In this document: positions 52,110-62,343 of the stretch, piece by piece | Layout of the letters: every line of letters starts with the position of its first letter | Numbering within the stretch: position 1 is the stretch's first letter | Source: Candidatus Aenigmatarchaeota archaeon | GTDB taxonomy: Archaea > Aenigmatarchaeota > Aenigmatarchaeia > CG10238-14 > SpSt-28 | Assembly: GCA_038742305.1 (NCBI GenBank) | Contig: JAVYKI010000002.1 | Location: 1,013-65,012, forward strand | Length of the DNA stretch: 64,000 bases | Reading direction: 5' to 3' | The notes under the pieces: generated by a model | The model's database searches: none | Told to the model about the DNA's origin: nothing | Seen by the model: the letters and a program-made list of their open reading frames with translations, nothing else | Program-made: the position numbers and the translations under genes

Positions 52110-53254
52110 TTATAAATTTTGTTCCACATTTCTTGAGCCAATTTTCCGTCATAAAAATACTTTTCAATTTTTACTTTTTCTCTTCTTTTTCTAAACTCTT
52201 TTAAAAATTCATTAATTTTTTTTGCAGTATATTCTTTTAATTCTCCAGTTAAAAGATTTCCGCTCTTATATTCTTCTCTTATTTCTTCAATTTTTTTATC
52301 GTCTTCTTCAAAAAGTATATACAAATATTGAAAACAAACATCTATATCTGGATTTCCTCCTAATTTTCTATGCAATTCTACAGTTGGCTGTCCTCCAGAA
52401 AATGCATATTTAAAAATTTTATTTCTTACAACTTCTTCGCTATCATTCAAAAATATTGTAGTTTCTGGTTTGCTAGTAGACATTTTACCTTCTATTCCAG
52501 TTAGTGGAGGTAAAAATTTTGAATGAATTTGAAAAGCTTTATTTTTACCTAATTTTTCTGCTATATCTCTTTGAACTCTCCAAAAAGGATCTTGGTCAAC
52601 AGAAGCTGGAATTAAGCAATAATTATCTTCAAAAAAGGTTGGGGCAATTTCTAATGAAGGAAAAAATATTAATCCTATGTTTGTTTCTCCTTTAAATCCA
52701 AAAACTGCTTTAACAGTAGAAAAATTTATTCTTTTTGCAATTTTTAATGCTAACTGATAAAAATTTTTAATGTATTCTGTATTTTTAAAAATAAAAGTTT
52801 TGTTTTCATCAAATCCAACAGCTGCTATATCTAATGCATTTTCGTAAGCCCATTTTTGAGTTTCTTCAAGTTCTAATTTTCTTTTTGGTTCTAAAAACTT
52901 TTCATCATCAGTTAATTGAATATAAACATTTACATTAAACTTTTCTTGAAGCCATTTAGTTAAAATAAAGGGAATTAAATGTCCAATATGCATTGGACCG
53001 CTTGGGCCTCTACCAGTATATAAGAAAAAACTTTTACCTTTTTCAATTTCTTCTAGCAATAAATCAAAATCTCTATGAGCAAAAAAATGATTTCTTCTAA
53101 TTAATACATGTAAATCTTTCGTAAAACTTTTCAATTTTTCTTTTATTTCTTCTGTAATAGGTTTTAAACCAAAAACTTCTATTAATCTATTGTAATCTAC
53201 TCTTCCTTCTACTTCCCAAGGAGTTACTTTAAAATTATCTTGTAATTTGTGCAT
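52106..53254 (-). CDS. trpS: Tryptophanyl-tRNA synthetase.
   Basis: YTGRGPSGPMHIGHLIPF, KMSTS, FSGGQ. Confidence 0.8.
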   Translation of the reverse strand: MHKLQDNFKVTPWEVEGRVDYNRLIEVFGLKPITEEIKEKLKSFTKDLHVLIRRNHFFAHRDFDLLLEEIEKGKSFFLYTGRGPSGPMHIGHLIPFILTKWLQEKFNVNVYIQLTDDEKFLEPKRKLELEETQKWAYENALDIAAVGFDENKTFIFKNTEYIKNFYQLALKIAKRINFSTVKAVFGFKGETNIGLIFFPSLEIAPTFFEDNYCLIPASVDQDPFWRVQRDIAEKLGKNKAFQIHSKFLPPLTGIEGKMSTSKPETTIFLNDSEEVVRNKIFKYAFSGGQPTVELHRKLGGNPDIDVCFQYLYILFEEDDKKIEEIREEYKSGNLLTGELKEYTAKKINEFLKEFRKRREKVKIEKYFYDGKLAQEMWNKIYK

Positions 53255-54335
53255 TTTTTACTATTTCATAAAGTTCTCTTGCTTTTCCTTTTTCAAAGTG
53301 TTTTCTTATTGGCTCTAAAATTAAATTTAAATATTCTGCACAGGCATTCTTTAAATCTAAAGGATGAATCTTTCCTTCAGAATAAAGCTTTTCTAATTCT
53401 TCATAGTTTTGAATTTCAATATTTCCTCCATACTTTTCTTCTCTTTTAATTATTACGCTATCAAACTTTCTAAAAATAATGTATTTAAATATTTCTATTA
53501 TAGGATTGTTTTCAATTTGCTTTGGAGGACAGTAAGCATCTCTTATTTTTTCTTTTACCTCTTCTTCGCTATCATGAATAAATATTGCAGATTTCGGAAT
53601 GCTTTTACTCATTTTAAAAGATATTTGTTCAGAAATTTTTTCATTTTCATCAAAACTTTTCATTTTAGTAGGTCCTTGCAAACCAATAAGTAGATGATGA
53701 TGAACAGCAACTGGCTTTTTTCTTCCTAATGCTTCAGCAATTTCTCTAGCTAGCATGTTAACTTTTCTTTGGTCCAAGCCTAATTGACAAATATCAATAC
53801 CTTTTTTGTCGTTTAACATAAAAATGTCTGTTGCTTGCATTAAAGGATAAATTATTAAACTTGGTTCTTTTACTTCAGCTTCAGTTCTTCCAGCAATAGT
53901 TACAGCTCTTAATACTCTTTTCAAAGTTATTAATCTAGAAATTTTTAAAAAAGTTTCCCAGTATTCAACATCTTTAATTAATTCGCTATTCCAAACAATT
54001 TTTACTTTATTAATATCTACTCCACAAGCTTTCCAACCTTCAATAAAATATTCTCCAGCTTTTCTAATAAGTTCCATATTTCCTCCAAATTTATTGTTTA
54101 AATAGGCAAACCAATCTGCAATATAAAGAATAAAATCAATTTTTGCATCTAAAAAATCCTGAAGCTTTATAGCTCTTAATATTCCAGAGCCTAAATGCAT
54201 TAAGCCACTTGGTTCAAAGCCATCATAAGCAACAATTTTATCTTTTGTTTCCAATAGCTCTATTAATTCTTTTTCTGTTATTATTTCTTCAGTTGGTGGC
54301 CTTTTAATTAATTCTAATCTTTTTTCTATATCCAT
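53235..54335 (-). CDS. tyrS: Tyrosyl-tRNA synthetase (archaeal type).
   Basis: GFEPSGLMHLG, KMSKS. Confidence 0.8.
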   Translation of the reverse strand: MDIEKRLELIKRPPTEEIITEKELIELLETKDKIVAYDGFEPSGLMHLGSGILRAIKLQDFLDAKIDFILYIADWFAYLNNKFGGNMELIRKAGEYFIEGWKACGVDINKVKIVWNSELIKDVEYWETFLKISRLITLKRVLRAVTIAGRTEAEVKEPSLIIYPLMQATDIFMLNDKKGIDICQLGLDQRKVNMLAREIAEALGRKKPVAVHHHLLIGLQGPTKMKSFDENEKISEQISFKMSKSIPKSAIFIHDSEEEVKEKIRDAYCPPKQIENNPIIEIFKYIIFRKFDSVIIKREEKYGGNIEIQNYEELEKLYSEGKIHPLDLKNACAEYLNLILEPIRKHFEKGKARELYEIVKNAQITR

Positions 54336-54339
54336 AATA

Positions 54340-55065
54340 TTATCTTACTGGCTTATAGTTTTTCATGTAAATTCCAAAAAGATTAAATAAAAAGAAAAAT
54401 AAAGTATATTTAAATGCCATTTTAATTCTTCCCTCTTTTTCAAATCTTCTAGTGCTAGTAATTACTGGAAACTTTGCTAAACCAACTTTTGCAATTTTTG
54501 AAACTCTTTTTATTAAATCTAAATCTTCAGCAGTAGTCAAATTTTCATTAAATCCATTAACTTTTTGAAAAACTTCTTTTTTTATAGCTATAAAAAATCC
54601 TCCTGCTTGAGGTAAAATGTATTTAAGTAAAAGTATAGAAAGATTATAAATAAAGTAAAAAAAACTGTAAATAAAAGAAGAATCTAATGTCCAAACTCTA
54701 GGATAAATTAAATCATATTCTTTAAAATATTTTAAGCACTCTTCTAGAGTATTTGGTAGAATTATTGTATCAGCATCAATAAAAACTAAAAATTTACCTT
54801 TTGCATATTTTGCTCCTAAATTTCTTCCAACAGCAATCCCTTTTCTATCTGTAATTATTATTTTGTCTGCATATTTTTTTGCAATTTCGATTGTTCTATC
54901 TTTGGAATTAGAATCACAAATTATTATTTCATATTTATTTCTATCTAAAGTTTGGTTTGAAACAGCAATTAATGTTGTTCTTATATATTTTTCCTCGTTT
55001 AAAGTTGGAATTATAACACTTATTAAAGGTTTTTTCTTTTTTCTAATTTCTATAATTTTTTCCAT
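54340..55065 (-). CDS. GT2-family glycosyltransferase (dolichyl-phosphate sugar transferase-like) with a C-terminal TM.
   Basis: ISVIIPTLNEE, DSNSKDRT, DADT. Confidence 0.7.
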   Translation of the reverse strand: MEKIIEIRKKKKPLISVIIPTLNEEKYIRTTLIAVSNQTLDRNKYEIIICDSNSKDRTIEIAKKYADKIIITDRKGIAVGRNLGAKYAKGKFLVFIDADTIILPNTLEECLKYFKEYDLIYPRVWTLDSSFIYSFFYFIYNLSILLLKYILPQAGGFFIAIKKEVFQKVNGFNENLTTAEDLDLIKRVSKIAKVGLAKFPVITSTRRFEKEGRIKMAFKYTLFFFLFNLFGIYMKNYKPVR

Positions 55066-55072
55066 AAATATT

Positions 55073-55846
55073 ATGAAACCAAAGATTTCAATTATTATTC
55101 CTACAAAAAACGAAGAACAGGCAATAGCAAAAGTTATTTGTTCTATACCTAAAAAAATTCTTGAAGTTTCAGAAATTATTGTTGCAGATTCTTCTAATGA
55201 TTTAACTCCAATAATTGCGAAAAGGTTAGGAGCAAAAGTTCTTAGAATAAAAGGTGGAAAGGGGAAAGCTATGAAAGCTGCAGCTAAGAAAGCAAAAGGA
55301 GAAATTTTAGTTTTTTTAGATGGAGATGGTACTGACGATCCTAAATATATTCCTAAAGCTTTAAATTTATTAAAAAAATGCGATATAGTGCATGTTGCTA
55401 GACATTATAAAAAAGGTGTAAAAGTGAAAAATCCAATTATAAGGGCATCTTGGATTTTATATATTTCTTTTATGATAAGTTTTTGGAAACTTTTAGGTTT
55501 AAATTTTAAAGGAGATCCATTAGCCGGTTTTAGAGTTCTAAAAAAAGAAACTTGGGAAAAAATGAAATTGAAAAGCAACGATTTTTTAATAGAAAGTGAA
55601 ATGAATTTAAAAGCAAAAAAGTTAAATTTAAAAATTTGCGAAATTTTAGCACCAATTTTGCCAAGAATTGGAGGAACTTTTTCTAGTAAGTTTCTATCTA
55701 ATCCTAAGCAAATATCTAAATACTTTTCTTTTTGCTTAAAGTATATGACAAAAGAAAATAAAATTAAAGCTAAAGAAATTATAAGAAAATTCAAAAAATC
55801 TTTAGAAAAACTATTATTATTTTATGAAAATAATCGAAATAAATAA
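55073..55846 (+). CDS. GT2-family glycosyltransferase; start set at MKPKISIIIPTKNEE.
   Basis: IIIPTKNEE, DSSND, DGDG; divergent from the other GT2. Confidence 0.7.
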   Translation: MKPKISIIIPTKNEEQAIAKVICSIPKKILEVSEIIVADSSNDLTPIIAKRLGAKVLRIKGGKGKAMKAAAKKAKGEILVFLDGDGTDDPKYIPKALNLLKKCDIVHVARHYKKGVKVKNPIIRASWILYISFMISFWKLLGLNFKGDPLAGFRVLKKETWEKMKLKSNDFLIESEMNLKAKKLNLKICEILAPILPRIGGTFSSKFLSNPKQISKYFSFCLKYMTKENKIKAKEIIRKFKKSLEKLLLFYENNRNK

Positions 55847-56450
55847 TTTTTCGAATTCTTATTTATTGCTTTCTAAAAAATTAAACATATTAATTGATGC
55901 TTCTAACGATTTAAAAGCTGAAAAAATTATTCAAGAAATAAATAAAAACAAGATTAAAAAATTAGATTACATAATTATTACTCATGCTCATTCAGACCAT
56001 ATTAAAGGCTTATATTCTGTTTTATCTTTTTTTGAATTTAAACCGAAAGTTTTGTGTCATGAATTTGAAAGAAAATATGTTGAAGGAATTAAATTTATTG
56101 AAAGAAATTTTTTGGAAAAAATTTTTAGACCAAAAATTAAAAAAGTTTATGCAGAAGGAATAATTGAAGAAAGATTAAAAATTTCGAAAAATATAGAAAT
56201 TATTCATACTCCAGGGCATACTGATGGAAGCATTTCTGTTTATGTTAAAAATTTTTGTATTTTTGTTGGGGATTTGTTAATTAGAAATAAATTTGGAAAT
56301 GTAGATATAAGTGATGAAATAAATTCTGATATAGATTTAATAAAAGAAAGCATTAAAAAAATTTTAAATTTTGATTTTAAAAAAATTTATTTTGGACATG
56401 GAAAATCTGGAAATAAGAAAGAAGTAAAAAATTTTTATAAAAACTTTTAA
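55824..56450 (+). CDS. Metallo-beta-lactamase-fold hydrolase.
   Basis: IIITHAHSDHIKGL. Confidence 0.7.
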   Translation: MKIIEINNFSNSYLLLSKKLNILIDASNDLKAEKIIQEINKNKIKKLDYIIITHAHSDHIKGLYSVLSFFEFKPKVLCHEFERKYVEGIKFIERNFLEKIFRPKIKKVYAEGIIEERLKISKNIEIIHTPGHTDGSISVYVKNFCIFVGDLLIRNKFGNVDISDEINSDIDLIKESIKKILNFDFKKIYFGHGKSGNKKEVKNFYKNF

Positions 56451-56451
56451 T

Positions 56452-59133
56452 ATGATTAAAATTTTGAAAGTTAAAGAAAAGAAAAGTTTGGATTCGAAAA
56501 TATTTAAAATGCTAAGGCCTTACTTTTCAGAATGGTTTAGAAATAAGTTTGGAAAATTTACCTTGCCACAAAAATATTCAATACCATTAATAAAAGAAGG
56601 GAAAAATGTTTTGATAACTTCTCCAACAGGAAGCGGAAAAACATTAGCTTGCTTTGCAGCTGTACTAGATTATCTTTTTGAGCTTGCAGAAAAAAATCAA
56701 TTAGAAAATAAAGTTTATTGCATTTACGTTTCTCCATTAAGAGCTTTAGATAATGATATAAGAAGAAATTTAGAAGTACCTTTAAAAGAAGTAAGTGAAA
56801 TTGCAAAAAGAAAAGGAATTAATTTGCAAGAAATAAGAATTGCAATAAGAACTGGAGATACTAAGCCAAGCGAAAAGCAAAAACAATTAAAATATGCCCC
56901 CCATATTTTAATAACAACACCAGAAACTTTAGGAATAATATTAAGCACAAAAAAATTTAAAGAAAAATTAAAAGATGTAAAGTTTGTAATTATTGATGAA
57001 ATTCACGAATTAGCAAATAATAAAAGAGGAGTTCATTTATCTTTAAGTTTAGAAAGATTAGAATATTTTGTTGGAAAACCTGTTCAAAGAATAGGTGCAG
57101 GAGCTACATTAGAGCCTTTAGAAGAAGCAGCAAAATTTTTAGTTGGTAATAATAGAAGTTGCATAGTTATAGATGCAAGGTTTGTAAAGCCTGTAGATAT
57201 TAAAGTTTTAATCCCTTCAAAAAATCTAATTCTTGAAAAAGCAGAAGAAATAAATAAAAAAATGTATAAATTAATAGATAAATTAGTTTCGAAACATACA
57301 ACAACTTTAATTTTTACAAATACAAGGAGCGGAGCAGAAAGAGTTCATTTGCATTTAAAGCAGCTTTTCCCAACTAAATATTTAGATGAAACTACTGGAG
57401 TTCATCATTCAAGTGTAAGTAGAGATATTAGGTTTGAAGTTGAAGAAAAATTAAAACAAGGAAAATTAAAATGTGTAATAAGTTCAACATCTTTAGAGCT
57501 TGGAATTGATATTGGTTATATAGATTTGGTTATTCAAATTGGCAGCCCAAAAAGTGTTTCTAGATTATTGCAAAGAATAGGAAGAGCTGGTCATAGTTTG
57601 CATGAAATTTCTAAAGGAAGAATAATTTGTTTGGATAGAGATGATTTAGTAGAATGTTCTGTAATGGTTAAGAAAAGCAAAGAATATTGGCTAGATAAGT
57701 TCTACATGCCAAAAAATTGTTTAGATGTTTTAGCCCAGCATTTAGTTGGAATGGCTTTAGAAAAGAAATGGAATATAAATGAAGCTTATGAGCTTGTTAA
57801 AAAAGCTTATCCTTATAAGGATTTAGATTTCGAAACATTTTTAAGAGTTCTTAAATATTTGGCTGGATATTATCATACTTTAGAAGATTTTAACATTTAC
57901 GGAAAAATTTGGTTAGATTTAAATGAGCAAAAGTTTGGAAGAAAAAAGAACAGCAGAGTAATTTATATGCTTAATAGCGGAGTAATTCCTGAAGAAGTAA
58001 AAATTGTTGTAAAAACTTTAGAAGGAAAGTTTGCCGGATTTATAGAAGAAGGATTTTTAGAAAGATTAAGCTATGGTGATATTTTTGTTTTAGGAGGAAA
58101 AACCTATGAATTTATTAAAAGTGTTAAAAATATTGCATATGTTAGAGAAGTAAAAGAAAAAAGGCCAACGATTCCAAGCTGGTTTAGCGAACAATTACCA
58201 TTAAATTTTGATTTAGCAATAGAAATTGGAAAGTTTAGAGGGAAAACGTTTGAGTTATTAGAAAATAAAAAGAGTAAAAAAGAAATTTTAAAGTTTTTGA
58301 AAGAATATCTAGATTTTGATATAAATGTTGCAAAAGAAATTTATGAATATTTTTACTTAGAATATAAATTTTTAAAACTTTTAGGAGCTAAGAAGTTTCC
58401 TAGCGAAAAAGTAATTTTAATTGAAAATGTTATTGATAAAAGAAATCAAAACATTGTTTTCCATACATTGTACGGAAGAAGAGTTAACGATGCTTTAAGT
58501 AGAGCTTATGCTTATGCTTTAAGCAATTATTTAGGAAAAAGTATAGGAATTGCAATAAATGATAACGGCTTTGTTTTAATTATTCCTAGAGAAAAACATG
58601 CTAATAAATGGTATAATATTTTCGAAATAAAAAAGAAAACAGAATTTGTTAATCCAGAAGAAGTTTTAAAATTAGTTAATTCAGAAAATTTTGAAGAATT
58701 GTTAAGGAAAAGTTTAATAAATACAGAATTAATAAAAAGAAAGTTTAGGCATGTTGCATCTAGAGCATTTATGATACTAAGAAATTATAAAGGGCATGAA
58801 ATAAGTTTAGAAAAGCAACAAATGAATGCGGAAAGATTGATAAAAATTGTAAAAGATATTCCAGATTTTCCAATTTTAGAAGAAACTTATAGAGAAATTT
58901 TAGAAGACTTTATGGATGTTAAAAATGCAAAAGAGATATTGAAGAAAATTGAAAAAGGAGAAATAGTAGTTGAAATATTAAAAGAAAGCGATTTACCTTC
59001 TCCTTTTGCTCATAATTTGTTTGTATTAAGCGAAAGCGATGTAGTTTTAATGGAAGATAGAAGAAAACTTTTGCTTAAGCTTTATGAAAAAATTAAGGAA
59101 AGAATAGAATCTAAAGCTTTAGCTCGTGCTTAA
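56452..59133 (+). CDS. lhr: Lhr-type large superfamily-2 helicase (Lhr-core).
   Basis: ITSPTGSGKTLACF, DEIHE, ~893 aa with a C-terminal Lhr-like extension. Confidence 0.75.
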   Translation: MIKILKVKEKKSLDSKIFKMLRPYFSEWFRNKFGKFTLPQKYSIPLIKEGKNVLITSPTGSGKTLACFAAVLDYLFELAEKNQLENKVYCIYVSPLRALDNDIRRNLEVPLKEVSEIAKRKGINLQEIRIAIRTGDTKPSEKQKQLKYAPHILITTPETLGIILSTKKFKEKLKDVKFVIIDEIHELANNKRGVHLSLSLERLEYFVGKPVQRIGAGATLEPLEEAAKFLVGNNRSCIVIDARFVKPVDIKVLIPSKNLILEKAEEINKKMYKLIDKLVSKHTTTLIFTNTRSGAERVHLHLKQLFPTKYLDETTGVHHSSVSRDIRFEVEEKLKQGKLKCVISSTSLELGIDIGYIDLVIQIGSPKSVSRLLQRIGRAGHSLHEISKGRIICLDRDDLVECSVMVKKSKEYWLDKFYMPKNCLDVLAQHLVGMALEKKWNINEAYELVKKAYPYKDLDFETFLRVLKYLAGYYHTLEDFNIYGKIWLDLNEQKFGRKKNSRVIYMLNSGVIPEEVKIVVKTLEGKFAGFIEEGFLERLSYGDIFVLGGKTYEFIKSVKNIAYVREVKEKRPTIPSWFSEQLPLNFDLAIEIGKFRGKTFELLENKKSKKEILKFLKEYLDFDINVAKEIYEYFYLEYKFLKLLGAKKFPSEKVILIENVIDKRNQNIVFHTLYGRRVNDALSRAYAYALSNYLGKSIGIAINDNGFVLIIPREKHANKWYNIFEIKKKTEFVNPEEVLKLVNSENFEELLRKSLINTELIKRKFRHVASRAFMILRNYKGHEISLEKQQMNAERLIKIVKDIPDFPILEETYREILEDFMDVKNAKEILKKIEKGEIVVEILKESDLPSPFAHNLFVLSESDVVLMEDRRKLLLKLYEKIKERIESKALARA

Positions 59134-59314
59134 AATTATTTTTTTCAGCATCTTCTAATTTCCAAGCATCTTCCAATAGCATGTCTGGTATTTCTTCTTC
59201 TAATATAGGAAAAGCTAGCTTGCAATTATAACAAACTAGAAACATTCCTTTTTCTTCTAAGTTTCCTTTACATTTTGGGCATGCTAGTACTTCTAATAAT
59301 TCTTTCGGCAACAT
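59111..59314 (-). CDS. trm112: Trm112-like small zinc-finger protein.
   Basis: LLEVLACPKCKGNLE...LVCYNCKLAFPI. Confidence 0.7.
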   Translation of the reverse strand: MLPKELLEVLACPKCKGNLEEKGMFLVCYNCKLAFPILEEEIPDMLLEDAWKLEDAEKNNFKHELKL

Positions 59315-59316
59315 AA

Positions 59317-60279
59317 TTATTTATAAGTACCTTTTTCCATAAAAACTCTATCAATTCTTACTGCAATACCTTTTTCAGCTTTAATAATTTCTTGACTACT
59401 CATTTTAGCATAACCAAAAGCTACTAATTCGTTTTTTAAACTAAAGATTGCTACAACTTCATCTTTTTGTATATTATCTTGCAACCTTACTATTCCGCTA
59501 ACATATAAAGGAGCCCCATTAAGCAAGTTTGGAATTGCAGAATCTTTAACAAATATTTTTTTAATATGTGGTAAACAAAATTCTGCAGGAACAAATATTT
59601 CTCTAATTTTTTTCTCATCTTTATTAATTAAGGCATCTGCAATTTCTATTAAATTATGAGCTTTTTCTTCTTGAAAAATTCTAAAATATTCTTTTTCATA
59701 CTTTCCAATAGAAATTCTTCTTAGCTCCTTTAAATGAGCACCAATTTTTAATTTTTGACCTATATCATGAACCCATTTTCTAACATAAAAGCCACTTTCG
59801 CAAATTATTCTGAAAAGAACATCTTTTCCATCTTTTTCTATTAAATAAGCTTCATAAACTTTTCTTTTTCTCGGAACTCTTGCAACAGCGCTTCTTTTTG
59901 GGGGAACTTGAATTATTTCTCCAACAAAAAATTTTTGAACAAATTCGTTTAAACTATCTAAATCATAATCTTTATGTAAATGCATTATTCCTACATATTC
60001 TTTATCTAATTTTTGAAATAAAGGCAATAGTCTTGTACTTTTTCCTATTAAAGTTGGAAGAACTCCTGTAGCAAAAGGGTCTAAAGTACCTATATGTCCA
60101 GTTTTTTTAACTTTTGTTAAATCTTTTAGCCAATAAGATATTTGATGGCTTGTTGGCCCGCTAGGCTTATCAACAATAACAATAGAAGTATTAATAAGCT
60201 CTTCTAAACTTCTTTTTTCAGGTTCTTTTCCATATTCTGGATTTGTCTCCTCATCTAAACTTTTATATAGCCAACTCAC
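59317..60279 (-). CDS. cbf5: tRNA/rRNA pseudouridine synthase Cbf5 (TruB family with PUA).
   Basis: VDKPSGPTSHQ, GHIGTLDPFATGVL. Confidence 0.85.
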   Translation of the reverse strand: MSWLYKSLDEETNPEYGKEPEKRSLEELINTSIVIVDKPSGPTSHQISYWLKDLTKVKKTGHIGTLDPFATGVLPTLIGKSTRLLPLFQKLDKEYVGIMHLHKDYDLDSLNEFVQKFFVGEIIQVPPKRSAVARVPRKRKVYEAYLIEKDGKDVLFRIICESGFYVRKWVHDIGQKLKIGAHLKELRRISIGKYEKEYFRIFQEEKAHNLIEIADALINKDEKKIREIFVPAEFCLPHIKKIFVKDSAIPNLLNGAPLYVSGIVRLQDNIQKDEVVAIFSLKNELVAFGYAKMSSQEIIKAEKGIAVRIDRVFMEKGTYK

Positions 60280-60641
60280 TTTGACTCCTTCTTTTTCTTA
60301 GTTTTCTTTTCCTCCTTTTTTTCCTTCTCTTCTTCCTTTCCAGCTTTTTCCATTTCTTTTACTTCATGTGCTGCTGGAAGCTTTAGTCCAAGTTTTTTAT
60401 ATAGTCCACTTTTTATCCATGCTTCTAAAACTTCTTTATCGCTTGCTTCTTCTTTTATTTCTAGCTTTAAAGGAAGTTCTTCTAAATGTCTTATATTGCA
60501 TCTTCTTCTTTTTACTCCAGTTAAAATTTTTGGTCCAGTAACTATTACAAAGTTTTCATCTATCTTTTTTACTACTACGCAATACCTTGAAGCTTCTCTT
60601 CCTGCTGTTTTTATTGCAATTGTTCCAACTTCTATTACCAT
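60276..60641 (-). CDS. rpl14e: 50S ribosomal protein L14e with a Lys/Glu-rich tail.
   Basis: IEVGTIAIKTAGREASRYCVVV...VTGPKILTGVKRRRCNIRHLE. Confidence 0.8.
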   Translation of the reverse strand: MVIEVGTIAIKTAGREASRYCVVVKKIDENFVIVTGPKILTGVKRRRCNIRHLEELPLKLEIKEEASDKEVLEAWIKSGLYKKLGLKLPAAHEVKEMEKAGKEEEKEKKEEKKTKKKKESK

Positions 60642-60684
60642 AATATTGTAAAATTATTAAATTTTAGAAATTAAAAAGATAATA

Positions 60685-61764
60685 ATGATAGAAATAGAAA
60701 AGCCAGCAGTAATATATTCAGATGAAACTGTAAGGGAAGCAATAAAACTAATGAAAAATTTAAATGTAAAAAATTTAATAGTTGTAAAAAACAATAAATT
60801 CTTTGGAATAATAAGAGAAAGAGATTTATTAATAGAAAAAAATTTAAATACTAAGTTAGAAAAAGTAAAAAGGATTTTTGCTTATTGCGAAACTGATGAT
60901 GTAAGAGAAATAGCTAAAAAAATGTATGAAGCTGATTCTTATTTAGTAGCATATGTAAATGCGAAAGGAGAAGTAATAGGCCAAGTTTATATAGATTCTT
61001 TGCTAGAATATATAAAGAAAAATTTTGGAGAAATAAGGGCTAGCGAAATAATGAGCAAGCCAGTAATTTCTGTTGAAAAAGATGTACCAATTTCAAAAGT
61101 TTTAAAAATAATGTATGAAAATAACATTTCTCACATTCCAATTACTGAAAATTCAAAGTTAATAGCAATTGTAAGCGCTAGGGATATAATTTTAAACTTA
61201 AAAGAAAAAGAAAGAGAAACTATTGGAGAATTAAAGGGTGAAAAATTAAAGTTTTTATCAAATCCGATAATTTCTATAGCTTCTAAGCCAGTAATAACTT
61301 TTGAAGAAAACGATAAAATTAGATATTTAATAGATAAAATGTTTAAATACAATATTTCTTGTTTAGTAGAAAAGAATTTGAAAGGAATAATTACTAAAAA
61401 AGATTTTCTAAAAGTTTTGCTTGAAAGGGAAAAAGAAAAAATTTTAATTAGAGTTTCAGCAAGCGAATTAACTTCTTATCAGCAAGATGAACTTAAAAAA
61501 TATTTAAGAATTTTTGAAAGAAAAGTTTCGAAAGATATAAAGGGAGAACTAATTGTAATAATAAGGAAAGAGCAAAAATTTTATAGATTTAACTTAAAGT
61601 TTTCTTCTAACAAGAAAAGTTTTTTTGTTAATTTAGAAAGTGAAAAGTTTTTAGATGGTTTGCAAGAAGCTTTCGATAAATTAATAAGACAAATAAGAGA
61701 AGAAGAGGATAAAAAGCTTACTTTAAGAAAAAGAGCAGTTTATGAATATTTGAAACAAATATAA
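60685..61764 (+). CDS. CBS-domain (4x) protein.
   Basis: Repeated CBS-pair pattern. Confidence 0.6.
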   Translation: MIEIEKPAVIYSDETVREAIKLMKNLNVKNLIVVKNNKFFGIIRERDLLIEKNLNTKLEKVKRIFAYCETDDVREIAKKMYEADSYLVAYVNAKGEVIGQVYIDSLLEYIKKNFGEIRASEIMSKPVISVEKDVPISKVLKIMYENNISHIPITENSKLIAIVSARDIILNLKEKERETIGELKGEKLKFLSNPIISIASKPVITFEENDKIRYLIDKMFKYNISCLVEKNLKGIITKKDFLKVLLEREKEKILIRVSASELTSYQQDELKKYLRIFERKVSKDIKGELIVIIRKEQKFYRFNLKFSSNKKSFFVNLESEKFLDGLQEAFDKLIRQIREEEDKKLTLRKRAVYEYLKQI

Positions 61765-61767
61765 ATT

Positions 61768-62283
61768 ATGATAGAAAAAGTACTTTTAGCTATTGCAGTA
61801 TTAATTTCTGTAGTTTCCCTTTCATTAATTTTAACTTATCATCCAGGAATAGAATTAGAATTACCTCAAATTCCAGATTTAAGTTTAGTAAATTTTGAAA
61901 AAGTTAATGATATAGATGTTGCTTTTGAAAATAATGTGGCATTAATAACTCTTTATACGGACTGCTATAAGCTTTCTGCATGGGTAGAAGAAGTTCAAGG
62001 CAGGTCTATTTTAAACGGAAAAGAAGGTAAAAGAGATATAAGGCCGAATTCTCATGATATAGTTAAAGATATTTTTGAAGAATTAGGAATAAAAGTTTTA
62101 GATGTTAGGATTACAAACTTAAAAGAAAATACATATTTCGCTGTTATAAACATAATGCAAAGAAACAAAGTTTTATCTTTAGATATTAGACCTAGCGACG
62201 GAATTGCAATTGCATTAAGGACTAATTCTCCAATTTACATCAATAAAACTCTTTTAGTTGAAAAAGGAGAAAAAATTTGCTAA
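61768..62283 (+). CDS. DUF151 bifunctional-nuclease-family protein with an N-terminal TM.
   Basis: IRPSDGIAIALRTNSPIYIN. Confidence 0.65.
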   Translation: MIEKVLLAIAVLISVVSLSLILTYHPGIELELPQIPDLSLVNFEKVNDIDVAFENNVALITLYTDCYKLSAWVEEVQGRSILNGKEGKRDIRPNSHDIVKDIFEELGIKVLDVRITNLKENTYFAVINIMQRNKVLSLDIRPSDGIAIALRTNSPIYINKTLLVEKGEKIC

Positions 62284-62343
62284 TTTTATTACTGAAAGAA
62301 TTTTCTTTATGAATTAGTTGAATTAAGAAATATAAGCCAAAAG

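Noticed and set aside
54863-55072. N-terminal 70 codons of the listed 327-aa GT2 ORF
   Set aside because: This stretch overlaps the divergent GT2 gene on the opposite strand. The GT2 domain begins at the internal MKPKISIIIPTKNEE (55073).
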